64,000 nt of DNA from Octopus sinensis (taxonomy: Eukaryota): positions 37,696,001 to 37,760,000 of the forward strand of contig NC_043001.1 in the NCBI RefSeq assembly GCF_006345805.1, in the 5' to 3' direction. Position numbers and translations under genes: made by a program. Below are positions 51,278 through 64,000 of this stretch, piece by piece. Under the pieces are notes generated by a model. The model saw only the letters and a list, made by a program, of their open reading frames with translations, had not been told where the DNA came from and did no database searches. Positions within the stretch are counted from its first letter, which is position 1; each line of letters opens with the position of its first letter.

Positions 51278-53341
51278 CCAGCAGAATCATTAGCACACTA
51301 GACAAAATGCTTAGCGGCATTTTGTCAGTCCTTATGTTCTGAGTTCAAATTCTGCCAAGGTTGACTTTGCTTTTCATCCTGTCAGAGTTGGTAAATTAAG
51401 CCCCAGTTGAGCACTAAGGTTGATATAAGTGACTTACTCTTCCCCCCAAAATTGCTGGCGTTGTGCCAAAATTTGAAACTGTCATTATTATGTTTCTTTT
51501 CGATAACTAATGTGTCCTGTATGAGTAGTTTGGGTATAATCTTAGCAGAAATGTTAGATGGAGTCATAAATAGTTAGGCTAAGTGAAAGAATAATTAAAT
51601 TCAGTTCAATGACTGGTAATGTAACACCATCTGCTTCCTGGGCTTACATCCACCAAAAGAAAGTTAACAAGTGAGTAAGAGAAAGTTCTATGAGGCTCTG
51701 GTAAAAGCTACCTAAGGAAATTATTATATTTAGAGCAAATATGTGAACTTTTATGCAATTGCTCGTACTGCTAGAAATAGTCAACAAGTCTCTGTCAAGT
51801 TCCACTTTACCATCTTGAAAAAAATGGAAGGACATAGTGGATACTACTACTGCTAATATTGTTGCTGCTACTGCTGCTGCTGGAATTACTGCTGCTGCTG
51901 CTACTACTGCTACTACTACCTGAAACAACATTGAAGGTGTCCAAGCTGAAGAAAGAATCTCTGTATGGTTACTCAGTCTGCTAGAAAAAATATGTCCTGA
52001 CTATTATTCAAACTATGTTTGAATAATAGACAGGATGGCCATGTCTGGAATACCTAAGCTAATAGATCCACTCAAGTGGGTTTGACCTAAAGCTGAACAA
52101 TAACAACAATAAACATAAGATGAAAGTAATATCATTCTGATAACTAACAACTTCAGTAGTTGTATTGAGAAAGTCCAAGAATATATTTGTCTACAATTGA
52201 AGTTTTAGCCAATGCCTAAAAGAGTGGATATTAATGGGAATAGAATACTTTGATACACTCTGGATTTCAAAAAGGAAAAGGAAGATAGGAAAGTTTAAAG
52301 CTCATGAGATAAGGGATAATGTGCCAATGAGTCAATGAGCTGTTAAGCAATCAGTCGGCCCATTAAAAATAGTAACTAAATCTCCCTCAAATTACACTTT
52401 GTTGTCTTGGGAAACACTTCAGATGATGTAATCCCATATACTGCTGTCTAAAAAATAGTAGAATGGCCATGGGTGGAATGCCTTTGATCACAGATCACAG
52501 CTGAAATAGCCAAGGTTGGAAGCTTTTGATCAGAGGTCTGTTCAGTCAAAGTTAACCTAAGTTTAAACAACAATTATTATTTAGATGTAGCCAGATGTTT
52601 ACTTAGGAAAACAGAGATGGAAAATTAGAACATAGAAGTAAACTAGAGGTTCCTGAGAGACAACTTACAGTAAGCAACTAATTTGAGCATGGAATAAAAC
52701 TGTAGAGGAATAGTGTGGTGAACAACACTAAAAGAATTTAGGGAAAAGCTTGAAAAAAAGGAGGCAATGAGTAACAGTAGAAAAGCAAATTATCAAATTT
52801 CTTTTGTCTGGAAAGAAGTTTGGGATTGTTAATATTTTGTGCTATCAAGATGAATGATATCAAGTATTCTGCATTTCAAAAACTTGTCTGCATGAATTGG
52901 TATGTTATTGATGAGAAATATGTCTGAAACAACATAAGAACATTTTCCTTCTGTCAAAGTGAGAAGATAACATTTTGAGAGTGTTGCTATGAAAAGTTCT
53001 TGAATATAAGGAATATGGATGGAGTTGTGAGAACATGAGTTGAAATGGGGGAGAAAAATAAAAACAGTTATAAAGGCTGGTTTAAGCAGGGTCACTAAAG
53101 TAATTAAGGGAATGAAGGTAGGGACAACTACAGAACCACCATGGTATCAAAACAAGAAGCTAGAAGCATTGTGAGTACTTGACTAAATTAATCAAGCAGT
53201 GCAGGAAGGTGTTATGTCTAATTTAGTTACAACTGCAATAAAATGCACTGGAGAAGAACAGTCAGAGAAATCCTAAACTAATGAGCCGAGTTATACAAAT
53301 ACTAGCTGGCCCTGTGCCATCAAAAATGACAGCTAATTGTA

Positions 53342-54045
53342 GTAATAATAATAATAATAATGAAATTATTGTATACAGTGCTCAGGTGCACTGCAACTTG
53401 TCAAAAGTGTGTATAAAGCATATGCAGTAATGTACAAATGTCTGGAAAGTGAACAGTGTATGAGTCAGATACATGCTTGCGTATGTATGGAGGGGAGAAA
53501 ATCAGATGTAGCGTTGGCGATTCTCAGGAAGCATGGAAGTTTTGAAGGATGCAGTGCTCCAACAACTAACAACTGGTGCCAGCAGTTTGTTCCATACTTC
53601 AGCAACTCTTAACATGAAAAAATGTTTCCAAAAGTCATGGGAGTTGTGCTGTTTTCTGACTTTGTAAACATGTCCACGGGTGTTAGACAGGTGGAGTTTA
53701 AAAAGGTGCTCAGAGTTATTGTTAGTAAGATGGTTAATAATTTTATGGGTGTCTGCCAAGTCAGCTGCCAGACGTCGGAGTTTCAATGTATCCATGCCCA
53801 GGGAAGTAAGGCGTTCAGAATATGGCAAATGCCTGATGGAGGGTATTCTCTTGGTTGCACGTCACTGAACGGCTTCCAGACAATTAATATCCTGGGCAAG
53901 ATAGGGGTTCCAGACCGGTGATGCAAATTCCAGGTGAGGTCACACCATAGCTATATAAAGCTGCAGATAGATAACCGGAGAGCAGCCCACAAAGGACTTG
54001 GTGAATGATGCCAAGACACCCTCAGCCTTCTTGGCAATTTATATA
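53342..54045 (-). mobile_element. CR1/L2-clade LINE 3' end, 5'-truncated
   Basis: IAKKAEGVL...LYIAMV*PHLEFASPVWNPYLAQDINCLEAVQ*RATK...YSERL...RRLAADL...TRGH...FFMLRVAEVWNKL; (ATT)n tail on the minus strand. Confidence 0.88.
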
Positions 54046-54759
54046 TAAATGAGGTACAAAATAAGGTACATAATAAGGTACAGATTGTAATCAGAATACA
54101 CAGGACTGGGTTGGGGGTGGAATATATTGCACTTCTGGAGTTAGAGCCAATGCAAGACCTGGAAATCCACATGAGTAATTATGCATCATTCCAGATGCAT
54201 ATCATTAAGATAGCAACAATGTATAGATGACTAACTGATTGGATTCTGTGATCATTCTTGATCCTTAAACTTTTGCAATATTAGATCCTTACTTTATATG
54301 CCCTTGAAGAATCTGTCAAAGAGTTGAAAGAAATGTTCCAAACCTGAAAAAATGATCTCATGTTCAAAGGATTAAAGGCTGAGATATTGAAGATCAAATT
54401 TTGCAAACAAGATCGCGATACTCAAGACTTATCTGGTAAATGGCCTTTTTCACTATGTAGGAAGGAGCAAGTAAAAGCTCAATAATGCATGCTAAGTGCA
54501 AGCAATAGGTACACAAAAGATGCAATAGCATTTTGGGCAGACTGACAGAAAATCCAGGGCATCCAATGTAACAGATTACAGGAATAGTTAACAGAAATGG
54601 CACCCATGAAATGAAAACCATGAGTGTTAGAGATGATCATACTGAGTGGACTGTAGCAAGAGTAAGAAACGAGTAGAAAAGAAATTTTCCTCTGTTGTAC
54701 AATAGTGAGATATGCAATCTGAAAGTAGATTATGTGAGGCCTGACAAAAATATGTGAAA

Positions 54760-57700
54760 AATAATTAGCCAGATTGATTACATTCTCACTAGAAAATGGG
54801 ATAGGCAGATGCTGTGAATGCAAATCTTTCCCCAGGTGAGGAGTGTACAGACCAACATAGTTAAGTGGGTAGTGACTTCAAACTTAGAGTTAAAAGGACC
54901 CAGAAATGCAAACCAGTCTGTAAAAGGAACTTATGGACACTTAAAGGTTCAATGAACAGTCAGAAATTTAGAGATATACTAATTGAAGCATTTGACAAGG
55001 AAGAAGAGACAGAGACTTATGTAGAGAACTGAAAGTTCCTTCTGGACAACCTATTGAGGGCGACATTCAAATTCGTGGCTGATGCACAGTTTCAGCCAAA
55101 CCAAAGGTGACATGGCAGAGGAGCAGCGAAGTAGATAGAGCCATAAAAGATAAAAGGCAGGCTTGGAAGGTTTGGAAATATGGGAGCAACAGAGAAGTAT
55201 ATCAGGCAATTAGAAGAGAAATTAAAAACTAAGAGACAGGTATATTTAGCAAAGGGAGAAGCAGAAAAGAAGAGGTGTGCCAATGTTCTATGTCATGTGG
55301 ACTGAAGGCATAGGTGTCCTGGATTATAGGGCAGTGTATCAGAGAAAATCAAGATGTTGTGGGAGAGAAGTGTGTGGAGAAGGATAATGGCACACTCACA
55401 TTCAGTGATTCTGAAAAGAGACATGGAAATGTTATTATGAAAAGCTACTAAATGTGGAGAGAGTCATTCTAATGTGGATCAAACAGAAGGTTCAGCCATT
55501 CTTGATAATAGCAGTGTGATAGACAAAGCAATCAAAATGTGAAGACACAGAATGTTTCTGGTCCATCAGGGATTACTGCTGAAATGTTTAAAATATCTGG
55601 TAGAGTATGATACAGCCTAGTCACCCATACAGTTCATTATGTTGTACAGGAAGCTATCATACTAAGTGACTCATGTAATATCATCATAGTCAACTGTTAG
55701 TAGGGTAAAGGAGATACCTTAGCAAGAAGTAATAATAGAGGTATCATATTACTGGACCAGCTTATGAAAGTCATCAAAAGAGTCAAGCTTAATTAATTAG
55801 GAAGAAGTTTAACCTAGATTTGATGCAGTTTGGTTTTGTGCCAAAGAGATGATTTCTTTAGAGTTCAGCAACTGCAGGAGAAGAATTTAGCAAAACGTAA
55901 ACCACTATACTTGGCATTCACTGAACTGGAAAGGATGCCTTGCTCCCTAATTATGAGGTTACTTCAGAAGCTAGAAGTAGATGAATGGCTAGTGAGAGGT
56001 GTTTAAACAAACAATTTACAAGGATGCTGTCCTTAAGATGAGTGTTAAAAATGCATATAGTAATAAATCTAGTGTGCAGGTAGGAGTTCATAAAGGTTCG
56101 GTTATCTGTTTCCTCTTAGTTATCATAATCCTCCTGTCATAATAGAGGAGGTTTAGATGGGCTGGCCATGGGAACTCCTCTATGCTGATGAACTTGTTCT
56201 CACAGCTGAAACTGTAGCAGAATTAGAAATGAAATTCCAGGTGTGGAAACAAACCTGGAGTAAAGGCCTTGAAGTTAACTTAGGAAAGACCAAAGTTCTA
56301 GTTAGCAGGAAAATAGACAGAGTGTTAATCGCTCAGATAAATGACCCTGTTCAATATGTAGAAAGGGTGTTGGTAGAAATTCTATATGCTATACACAGCG
56401 CTAACTATGAACACGTAAGAGGTGTAGTGGAATCACAGGAAGGTTAAGAGAGACAGTAGATATTATTTGTGGCAGGTGCACAGATGCAATAAACACCAAA
56501 AGTATATAGTAAACTTTCTGGAACATCCAAGATGATCCTTAGAGGTAGTAGATAGTTTCTGTTACTTAGGTGATTTAATTAGCAGTGGGGAGAGATGTGC
56601 TGAAAGTATAGTTGCTAAAATAAGCAATGTTTGAAGAAAGTTCAGAGAACTATTACCTCTGTTGATAACAAAAGGCACCTCTCTCTCAGAGTGAAGGGCA
56701 GATTGTACAATGCCTGTGTACAAACAACAATGTTAAATAGTAGTTAAATTTGGGTTGTTAATGCAGAGAACATGTGGAGACTAGAAAGGAATGAAGGTAT
56801 CATACTCCACTGGATGTGCAACATCAATGTGCATGTAGGACAGAAGACACGAGAGAAAAATTAGGCATAAGAGACATCAGATATGGTGTGCAGGAGAGAA
56901 GACTGCTGCTATGATCATAGGATGAAGATGGATGAGGACAGTTGTATAAAGACAAGCCATGTATAAAGACAAGCTAAATGTGGAAGGAGCCAGTGGAAGA
57001 GGGTGATGCAGGAAGATGTGGGATGAAGTGATAAAGCTGACCATAAGATGTTGAGCTTCTTGGAAGAGATAATGGGAAACCGAGACAAATGGTACTGTAT
57101 TGTGCTTGAGGAGACCCATTCATCTCAGTAATGCTGAGGTCCTGTCAAATCTTCCATCATCCCACAACTTATCTTCTCCATCCCTCCATCAATCATCTGT
57201 GACACTACTCACTCAGATGTTGTAAGTGATACCACTTATCCTCTTATTATAATCCTACAAGAATCTTTTGTCACTTCCTCCTCCTTGTTATTTCCTTTCC
57301 TTCATTTCCTCTCCTTGCATCCAACGCAATATCCATCTCTAATCATCTCTCATATTAATTTCACTGTAGCCCACTTACATAGTTACCCAACATTCCTGCT
57401 CTTCTATCCTATTTCTGTCCCTCATATTCACCTTGTACCTTGACCTCACATCTCTCTCTCTCTTTCTTTCTTGATGGGGAAGCCATGTATTCACCTTTCC
57501 AGCAAGACTCTTGTCCTCTCCTTCTATAATACTTTTATATCCCTCAAAACTATATCTCTTTCAGTTGAGGGAGCTTGTCTTGCTGGTGCCATGAAAAAAG
57601 CACCCAGTACACTGGGAAGAGTGGAGGCACATGGCCTAGTGGTTAGAGCAGCAGACTTGCAGTCGAGTGATTGCGGGTTCGAACCAAGTGATGTGTGTGC

Positions 57701-58082
57701 TTATGAGCGAAAGACCTAAGCTCCACATGGCTCCAGCAGAAGATAATGGCGAACTTCTGTTAACTCTTTCACCACAACTTTCTCTCACTCTTTCCTCCTG
57801 TATCAAACAGCTCACCAGTGACAGACCAGCATTCCATCCAGGTGGGGAACCTATATGCCAATGAAAGTGGGAAACCAGCCCTTATGAGCCAGGCATGGCT
57901 CGAGAAGGAAAAAACAACAACACACTGTGAAGTGATTGGCATTAAGAAAGGCATCAAGCTGTAGAAACCATGCTAAATCAGACACTGGAACTCAGTTCAG
58001 CCCTCTGGCTTGTCAGTTTATACCAAACAATTCAACCTATGCTAGCATGAAAAAAGAGACATTAAACAATGATGATGATGAC
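54760..58082 (+). mobile_element. RTE-clade LINE copy 4, heavily decayed, with pyrimidine-rich 3' UTR and a SINE inserted in the tail
   Basis: WELLYADELVL, LEVNLGKTK, RVKGRLYNACV; (GAT)n tail near 58070. Confidence 0.8.
57621..57921 (+). mobile_element. tRNA-derived SINE family C2 (shares head and core with C1, different tail)
   Basis: GGAGGCACATGGCCTAGTGGTTAG, GGGTTCGAACC, CTCTTTCACCACAAC; ACACTG occurs on both flanks. Confidence 0.8.
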
Positions 58083-58124
58083 CACACACACACATACACA
58101 TGTACTTATGTATGTATATGTGTG

Positions 58125-58750
58125 TGCCACTCCCAAACAGTTGAAGGAATCTGGGGTAGAGATAGACCCAGGAAGACATGGGATGAGGTGGTCAAGCATG
58201 ACCTTCGAACGTTAGGCCTCACAGAGACAATGATGAAAGACTAAGACCTCTGGAGATATGCTGTGACTGCGAAGACCCGACAAATAAAGTGAGTTCATGG
58301 CTCGCAGGACGGCCGGCCGTGCTTACCTTGGATTGTAGGGCGACCTGCTGTGCTTAATGAGACCTATTGAGTCAAGTACATCAACATCAAAATAAAAATG
58401 AAATGGAAATTGTAGTTGTGATAATCATGCTGGTGGCATGTAAAAAAACACCATCTGAACATGGCCGATGCTAGTGCTGCCTTGACTGGCGTCGGTGCCT
58501 GTGGCATGTAAAAAGCACCAACCGATCATGGACGTTGCAAGCCTCCTCTGACCCCTGTGCTGGTGGCACGTAAAAAGCACCCACTACACTCACGGAGTGG
58601 TTGGCGTTAGGAAGGGCATCCAGCTGTGGAAACATTGCCAGATCAGGGTGAAGCCTGGTGCAGCCTCCTGTCTTCCCAGGCCCCGGTTGAACTGTCCAAC
58701 CCATGCTAGCATGAAAAACGGACGTTAAATGATGATGAGGATGATGATAT
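58125..58750 (+). mobile_element. RTE 3' fragment (ORF end plus UTR), young
   Basis: GRDRPRKTWDEVVKHDLRTLGLTE; GGCACGTAAAAAGCACC modules; (GAT)n tail. Confidence 0.85.
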
Positions 58751-59468
58751 GTATATATGTGTGTGATTGTGTCTCTTTATCTTAAAATCACGTTATTGTT
58801 GTAAACAAGCACCACCATCATACAAGCAGTGTTGTTCATTTCCAATCTTCAGTGAAAACCTGCCTGACAGTGGTGAAATATTATCTTGCTTGAAAACGAG
58901 TGGTGGTTGGTTTGTGAAAGGAGGGCATCCGTCCATAAAAATCTATGCCACATATTGCATCTGACCCAAACAAGCATGGAAAGTAGATGTTAAAACGATA
59001 ATGATGATGATGATGTATAAATCAATTTCCACGGGTTGTGAGATGAGAATTCAATTTATCAAAGGACTGAATTCCTTACTGACTGAATTAGCATGTAAGC
59101 AGGTGTGCATTCCACAAGTACATGAGCCATCAACGAAATCATCAGGTTGAAAAAGCATGACATGACGTGTGGCAAAGTTTGAACTGTGACAAAGGGTAGA
59201 CAATCTGTCTACCCATTTTCACTCACAAGGTTTGAATCAATACAAGACGATGATAAAAAGACACTTGCCCAACATGCAATGCAGTGGCATCAAAGATACA
59301 CTGCGACTGTGATATGAACTTTTTAAGTATTTGACCATACGCACACACGCATACACACATATACGTAAGTATAGATATGTAATTATCAATATATATATTT
59401 ACATACAAACATATGCATATAAACACACCTATAAGGAGTAAATATATAAACACACATATGCAAACGTG

Positions 59469-59526
<58 letters not shown>

Positions 59527-59539
<13 letters not shown>

Positions 59540-59800
59540 GTATATACACAAACACACACACGCATACACATATATACAGATATTTGCCTATTTTTATACA
59601 TCATTCACATAGTTATATATGTATACACAAACATATATACATATATGTATGTGTGAAGGCATACATTTACATTGTATGTCTATATATCTATCTAGCTAGC
59701 TATCTTTATAAATATGCCTATATATGTATACAGCATGGGCATGGTTATATTTATACACACGTATATACATGCATATATATATATATATTATATATATATA

Positions 59801-59856
<56 letters not shown>

Positions 59857-60086
59857 GTATATACACAAACACACACACGCATACACATATATACAGATAT
59901 TTGCCTATTTTTATACATCATTCACATAGTTATATATGTATACACAAACATATATACATATATGTATGTGTGAAGGCATACATTTACATTGTATGTCTAT
60001 ATATCTATCTAGCTAGCTATCTTTATAAATATGCCTATATATGTATACAGCATGGGCATGGTTATATTTATACACACGTATATACA

Positions 60087-60089
<3 letters not shown>
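59527..60089. repeat. Identical ~245-bp unit duplicated between (TA)n tracts (period 317)
   Basis: 59527-59772 equals 59844-60089 by eye. Confidence 0.85.
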
Positions 60090-60148
<59 letters not shown>

Positions 60149-60360
60149 TATATATGAGCATACATACTCGTATTTATGCATATATTTATGAGTGTGCGTG
60201 TGTTTTTTTAATACACCACATATATATATATATAAATATATATGCTTATATAATATACTTCTATATGCTTGTATACGTTTGTATATATATATACATATAT
60301 AGGGGAGGGGGAGAGATGGTGATGATATATATATAAATCTGTGTGCGTGTCAGAGTGGGA

Positions 60361-61320
60361 TCTTTCATTGGCAATATGCATGAAATATATCGAAAGTCTC
60401 ACTGCCGGATTTTTTTCCCATTGAAATATACGAGTGTTTTTAAAATACATAAGTGCACACACTACGCACGCACCACGCAAATATGCGTTTGAATGCATTC
60501 GTTCGTCTGTTCGTATGCTTATGCATATTTGTGTATATGACACGTGTGTCAAAACACTATTGCAATCTAGAGAGGTAATATATTATTGTTTTCATCATTA
60601 GCGTGAACATTATCTCCGGAGTTACATCGTTGACTTGCTACTCATCACCACTACTATTATTATCGTTATAATCACTAATAAACTGAGTCAAGTGATGTTT
60701 GTCTGAACAGGACAAAGTGTTTAAAAAACATGGTAAATACATTTTGGAGAATTTTAAACAAAGATTGGCAAAAACACACCAGTTGTGTTCGTGCGTTTTA
60801 TTGTGGTCGTGCATAGTTCGTTCTTATGTGACAGATAGCAGCATGTTCTAGTTGATGGAAACAAGACACTTGCAGCTTGGTTATGTCAATAGCTTGTCGG
60901 ACGGTTTGATAAAGATGAGAATCACTAAAGCTCAGAAAATACAATTGTAGCAGATTGACAGTTTATTGGGAGGAAAGAGGGGTGAGGAAGAGACAAAAGG
61001 CTTGAAAGACAGGCGTATGTGTCGGAGATGTATGTGCGACAGACCTTAAGTGACTGTCAAACAGTTATCCCTAATCAAATTCATTTACCTACCTGCCAAA
61101 GAATTCATATCATCCAATAGAGTAATCCTTCAGCGATGACGATGTATACGACGGCGAAGAAAAAGAAAGAGAAACCACTACAACAGCAACAACATCAACA
61201 GGAACCATTGCAAATCAAGCCAGCCGTTAGAGTCTGTTCTTCGTATATGATCGAGTTAACTACTCTATACGATTTATCTATCTCTCTCGCTTTTACTCAA
61301 TCATTCAGTCGCTCTCTCAC
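60361..61320. promoter_or_regulatory. CpG-retaining (probably unmethylated) promoter/5' region
   Basis: Hand count of 35 CpG in 60361-61320 versus 0 in 8101-9060. Confidence 0.5.
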
Positions 61321-61450
61321 TCACCCAGTCTCCCTCACACTCAACAACCCCTTCTCTCTCTCTTTAGCTAGTTGGCATTTCGTTGTTATTGTAGTTATTG
61401 ATGTTAGTTTAGCTATCAACACTGATGTTATTATTTTGGTGTGATTTTTG
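61093..61450 (-). other. Candidate first exon (5' UTR plus ATG AAT TCT TTG GCA G, MNSLA...) of an unidentified minus-strand gene; upper boundary uncertain
   Basis: Tandem donors CAG|GTAGGT (61093/61092) and TAG|GTAAAT (4 nt downstream); ATG at 61108; lies in the CpG-rich region. Confidence 0.3.
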
Positions 61451-61857
61451 TTTTGATAATGACATCTCTTTCAATAATTGCAACAATAATAATAGTGCAT
61501 TCTTAAATTTTGAAGACTATTTAACTCTTTCCTTTCTCTCGATATATTTTTTTAATTTTTATTTTCGCTTTTTGGGGTGAAGATAATAGAGAATATGAAG
61601 CTCTCTCTCTTTCTCTCTCTCCTTACACACAAACATAAAAAGAGAGATAGAAAACGAAAGTTAAGTGAAGAGTATTAGTTCTCTTATGACTAAATTGCAG
61701 AGGCTGTTCAATCTTACTATGGGTGGGTTGTAGGTTGTGGATACATATACACTCCTCACATTTTGATCTGTCTCACACTTTGCTTCTTTATTCATCACTT
61801 CTATCACTAATCATCTTTCTTATCTTTAATCTGATTGATTTTTTTTTTAATGTATTT

Positions 61858-61888
<31 letters not shown>

Positions 61889-62777
61889 TTTATTGTTCTT
61901 TCCCTTTAACTTCTCTATTAATCTTATTCTTTTTCTTCGTAGTTGAAGTGCTCTTTTCTATTGTGTTCTGTAATTCTTCTTTCATTTCTCTTTCCTTTTT
62001 GTCTCTCATGTTCATATTTCTCTTTCGGTGTATCCTCTCTTTAATTTAGCTTCTTTTCTTTCTTTATCTTACCCTCATTTCTCTGGGGTTTTTTTCTTTC
62101 TCTTTCTCTAACATACGTCTCTTTTCGGCCATTCTATCTCTCTCTTTCTCTCTCCACTTTATTCTTCTATTAACTCGTTATCACTTTTTATCATCATTTC
62201 CCTTGCCCTCTTTCATCACTCCCTCTCTGTCAGTATTTCTATCTTTCTTTCTCTTCCCAATTACTTCCTCCCCTTTGTTTCTCCTGCCTTCTTATTTCCA
62301 TTCGCTCATTACTTACGTTATCATTCTTTCGCTGGCAGTTATTTCATTTCATTTTTTAAAATCTAATGTTTCGCTGCATCTCTTATTTCTACTTTCAATA
62401 TTGGGTCTCTCAGTTTTGTTTTTCAGTTTTCGTGTCCCATTTAGTTGGGGTTTTTTCTTCCTCTTTTATTGACTTGTGCTGTTTTCTTCTTTCACTCTCA
62501 TTTCTGTTTCTTTTATTCTTTCTTTCTCGTCTCATTTTCACTTCTCACTTCACTGAATTTTCTCCCTCCTACATTTCGGAGACCTAAGCTTCAATGATTC
62601 CTGTTTAACTATTATGATCCAATCCTCAAAATTCTCATTCAGCTGTTTTCTTTCTTAAAGACCATTTACTTATCTGTCAATGTTTCTTTTCATCTGATCC
62701 ATTTCAATCAAGCGACTCTGTATCTTGTCTTTTCTTACACTGCTTCTTCCTTTACCATCATCATCATATCACCACGA

Positions 62778-62840
<63 letters not shown>

Positions 62841-63924
62841 ATCTATCTAATCTATCTATCTATCTTGTGTGTGCCTGTGTTATTGTCATTATAATTTCTT
62901 CCTTGATTTATTGTTTCTTTTTCTTTCATTCCTTAGATCCATTCTCCTTTTTCTATTATAATTAGTTATAATTAGTATCTCATTATGTATATACTTGATT
63001 GTGTGTGTATGCGTATGTGCGTGTTTACGTTTTTCGATTTTAGTTCTTTTTTCCTTTCCGTAATGGTATTCATTTCATTTATTTATTTATTATTATTTTT
63101 TTTCATTTCCTTTCCTAATATACCACTTATATCCAGTTGCATTCATTCAACAAGTCAAATTGAAGAGAAGCTTCTCGCAGGACTCAACCTTGATCAAAGT
63201 CCGTATTGTTTCAATTCGCTGTTAATTCCTCTTTGCCTTGAAGGTTAATATGAAGTTCTTGCTTCCTACATCGAATGGAACTTGATTTCCTGGCCTCAAC
63301 TTTCATGAGCTTTCAATTCTTCGGAGATGGTAAATAATAATCCTAGTTTTTTTGTAGAACTGTGATTAAGCCATGTAAATCAAACATGAATAATGACAAC
63401 GCCCACCACATCCATCGAAACAGAAAGGAATGGATAGATGGATGGATGGAATGAATGGCAAAAAGAAAGAGATAAGTTGACAGAACCGTGAAAGAACATT
63501 ACGGCGTAGCGGAGTGACAAATGTAGTGAGTCCTTCCTTGTGTGAGTGGCCTCCTTAACCCTCTCATGAAGGTAACCCTATCAGAAATAGATGAAGAAGA
63601 CACATGGACAGGCGTAGAAACAATGAAACAAACGGATAGATAGACAATCATAGGAACGCGAGAGATGTAAAGTAAAAAGTGAGAGAAAGAATGACTGCAT
63701 CAGTGAATGCTTATATATAAATATTAATGTGGGAATTTGGGTTGACAAAATCGATAGCGCATCAGACAAAATAACATGTGGCATTTAGTTGCGACCGTTT
63801 ATTATGTTCTGAGTTCAAATTACACCAAGGTCAACTTTTATGTTCATTCCTCTTGGAAGTAAATGATAAAATATGTTTTTGTCAAGTACTGAGGTCAATT
63901 TATATTTCAATAATGCATACCATA

Positions 63925-64000
63925 TTCTTTATCTCTTACTCTTTTCAGTCATTGGACTGCGGCCATGCTGGGACACCACCTTAAAGGGTTTAGTCGAACG
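63925..64000 (-). mobile_element. SINE family A tail, cut by the window edge
   Basis: TTTCAGTCATTGGACTGCGGCCATGCTGG. Confidence 0.75.

Noticed and set aside
63137-63243. Plus-strand exon-like segment (CAG...GAAG|GTTAAT)
   Set aside because: Weak donor, unrecognisable peptide, and no partner exons.

Overview
This is AT-rich, microsatellite-dense animal genomic DNA, not prokaryotic. The SINE, RTE and (GAT)n-tail repertoire suggests an octopod cephalopod (inference). I found no intact protein-coding gene, rRNA, functional tRNA or CRISPR array. The window is essentially a transposon graveyard. It holds four long decayed RTE LINEs plus RTE 3' fragments, a CR1/L2-clade 3' end, two RLE-type non-LTR fragments (CRE-like, R4-like), two Penelope fragments, two hAT transposase pseudogenes, TTAA-MITEs, a Helentron/DINE-1-like element and several tRNA-derived SINE families. 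CpG is depleted in non-repeat DNA across about 1-60 kb and is abundant from about 60.3 kb. A minus-strand donor site at 61092/61093 suggests positions 1-61092 may be one giant first intron of a minus-strand gene. The most interesting signals are three hammerhead-ribozyme-like motifs (one near-canonical at 20038-20106), a PHD-type finger inside RTE ORF2, long hairpins, and a template-switch-like complex duplication. I did not find a convincing novel system. All alignments and counts were done by eye, and element boundaries are approximate unless TSDs or TIRs are quoted.
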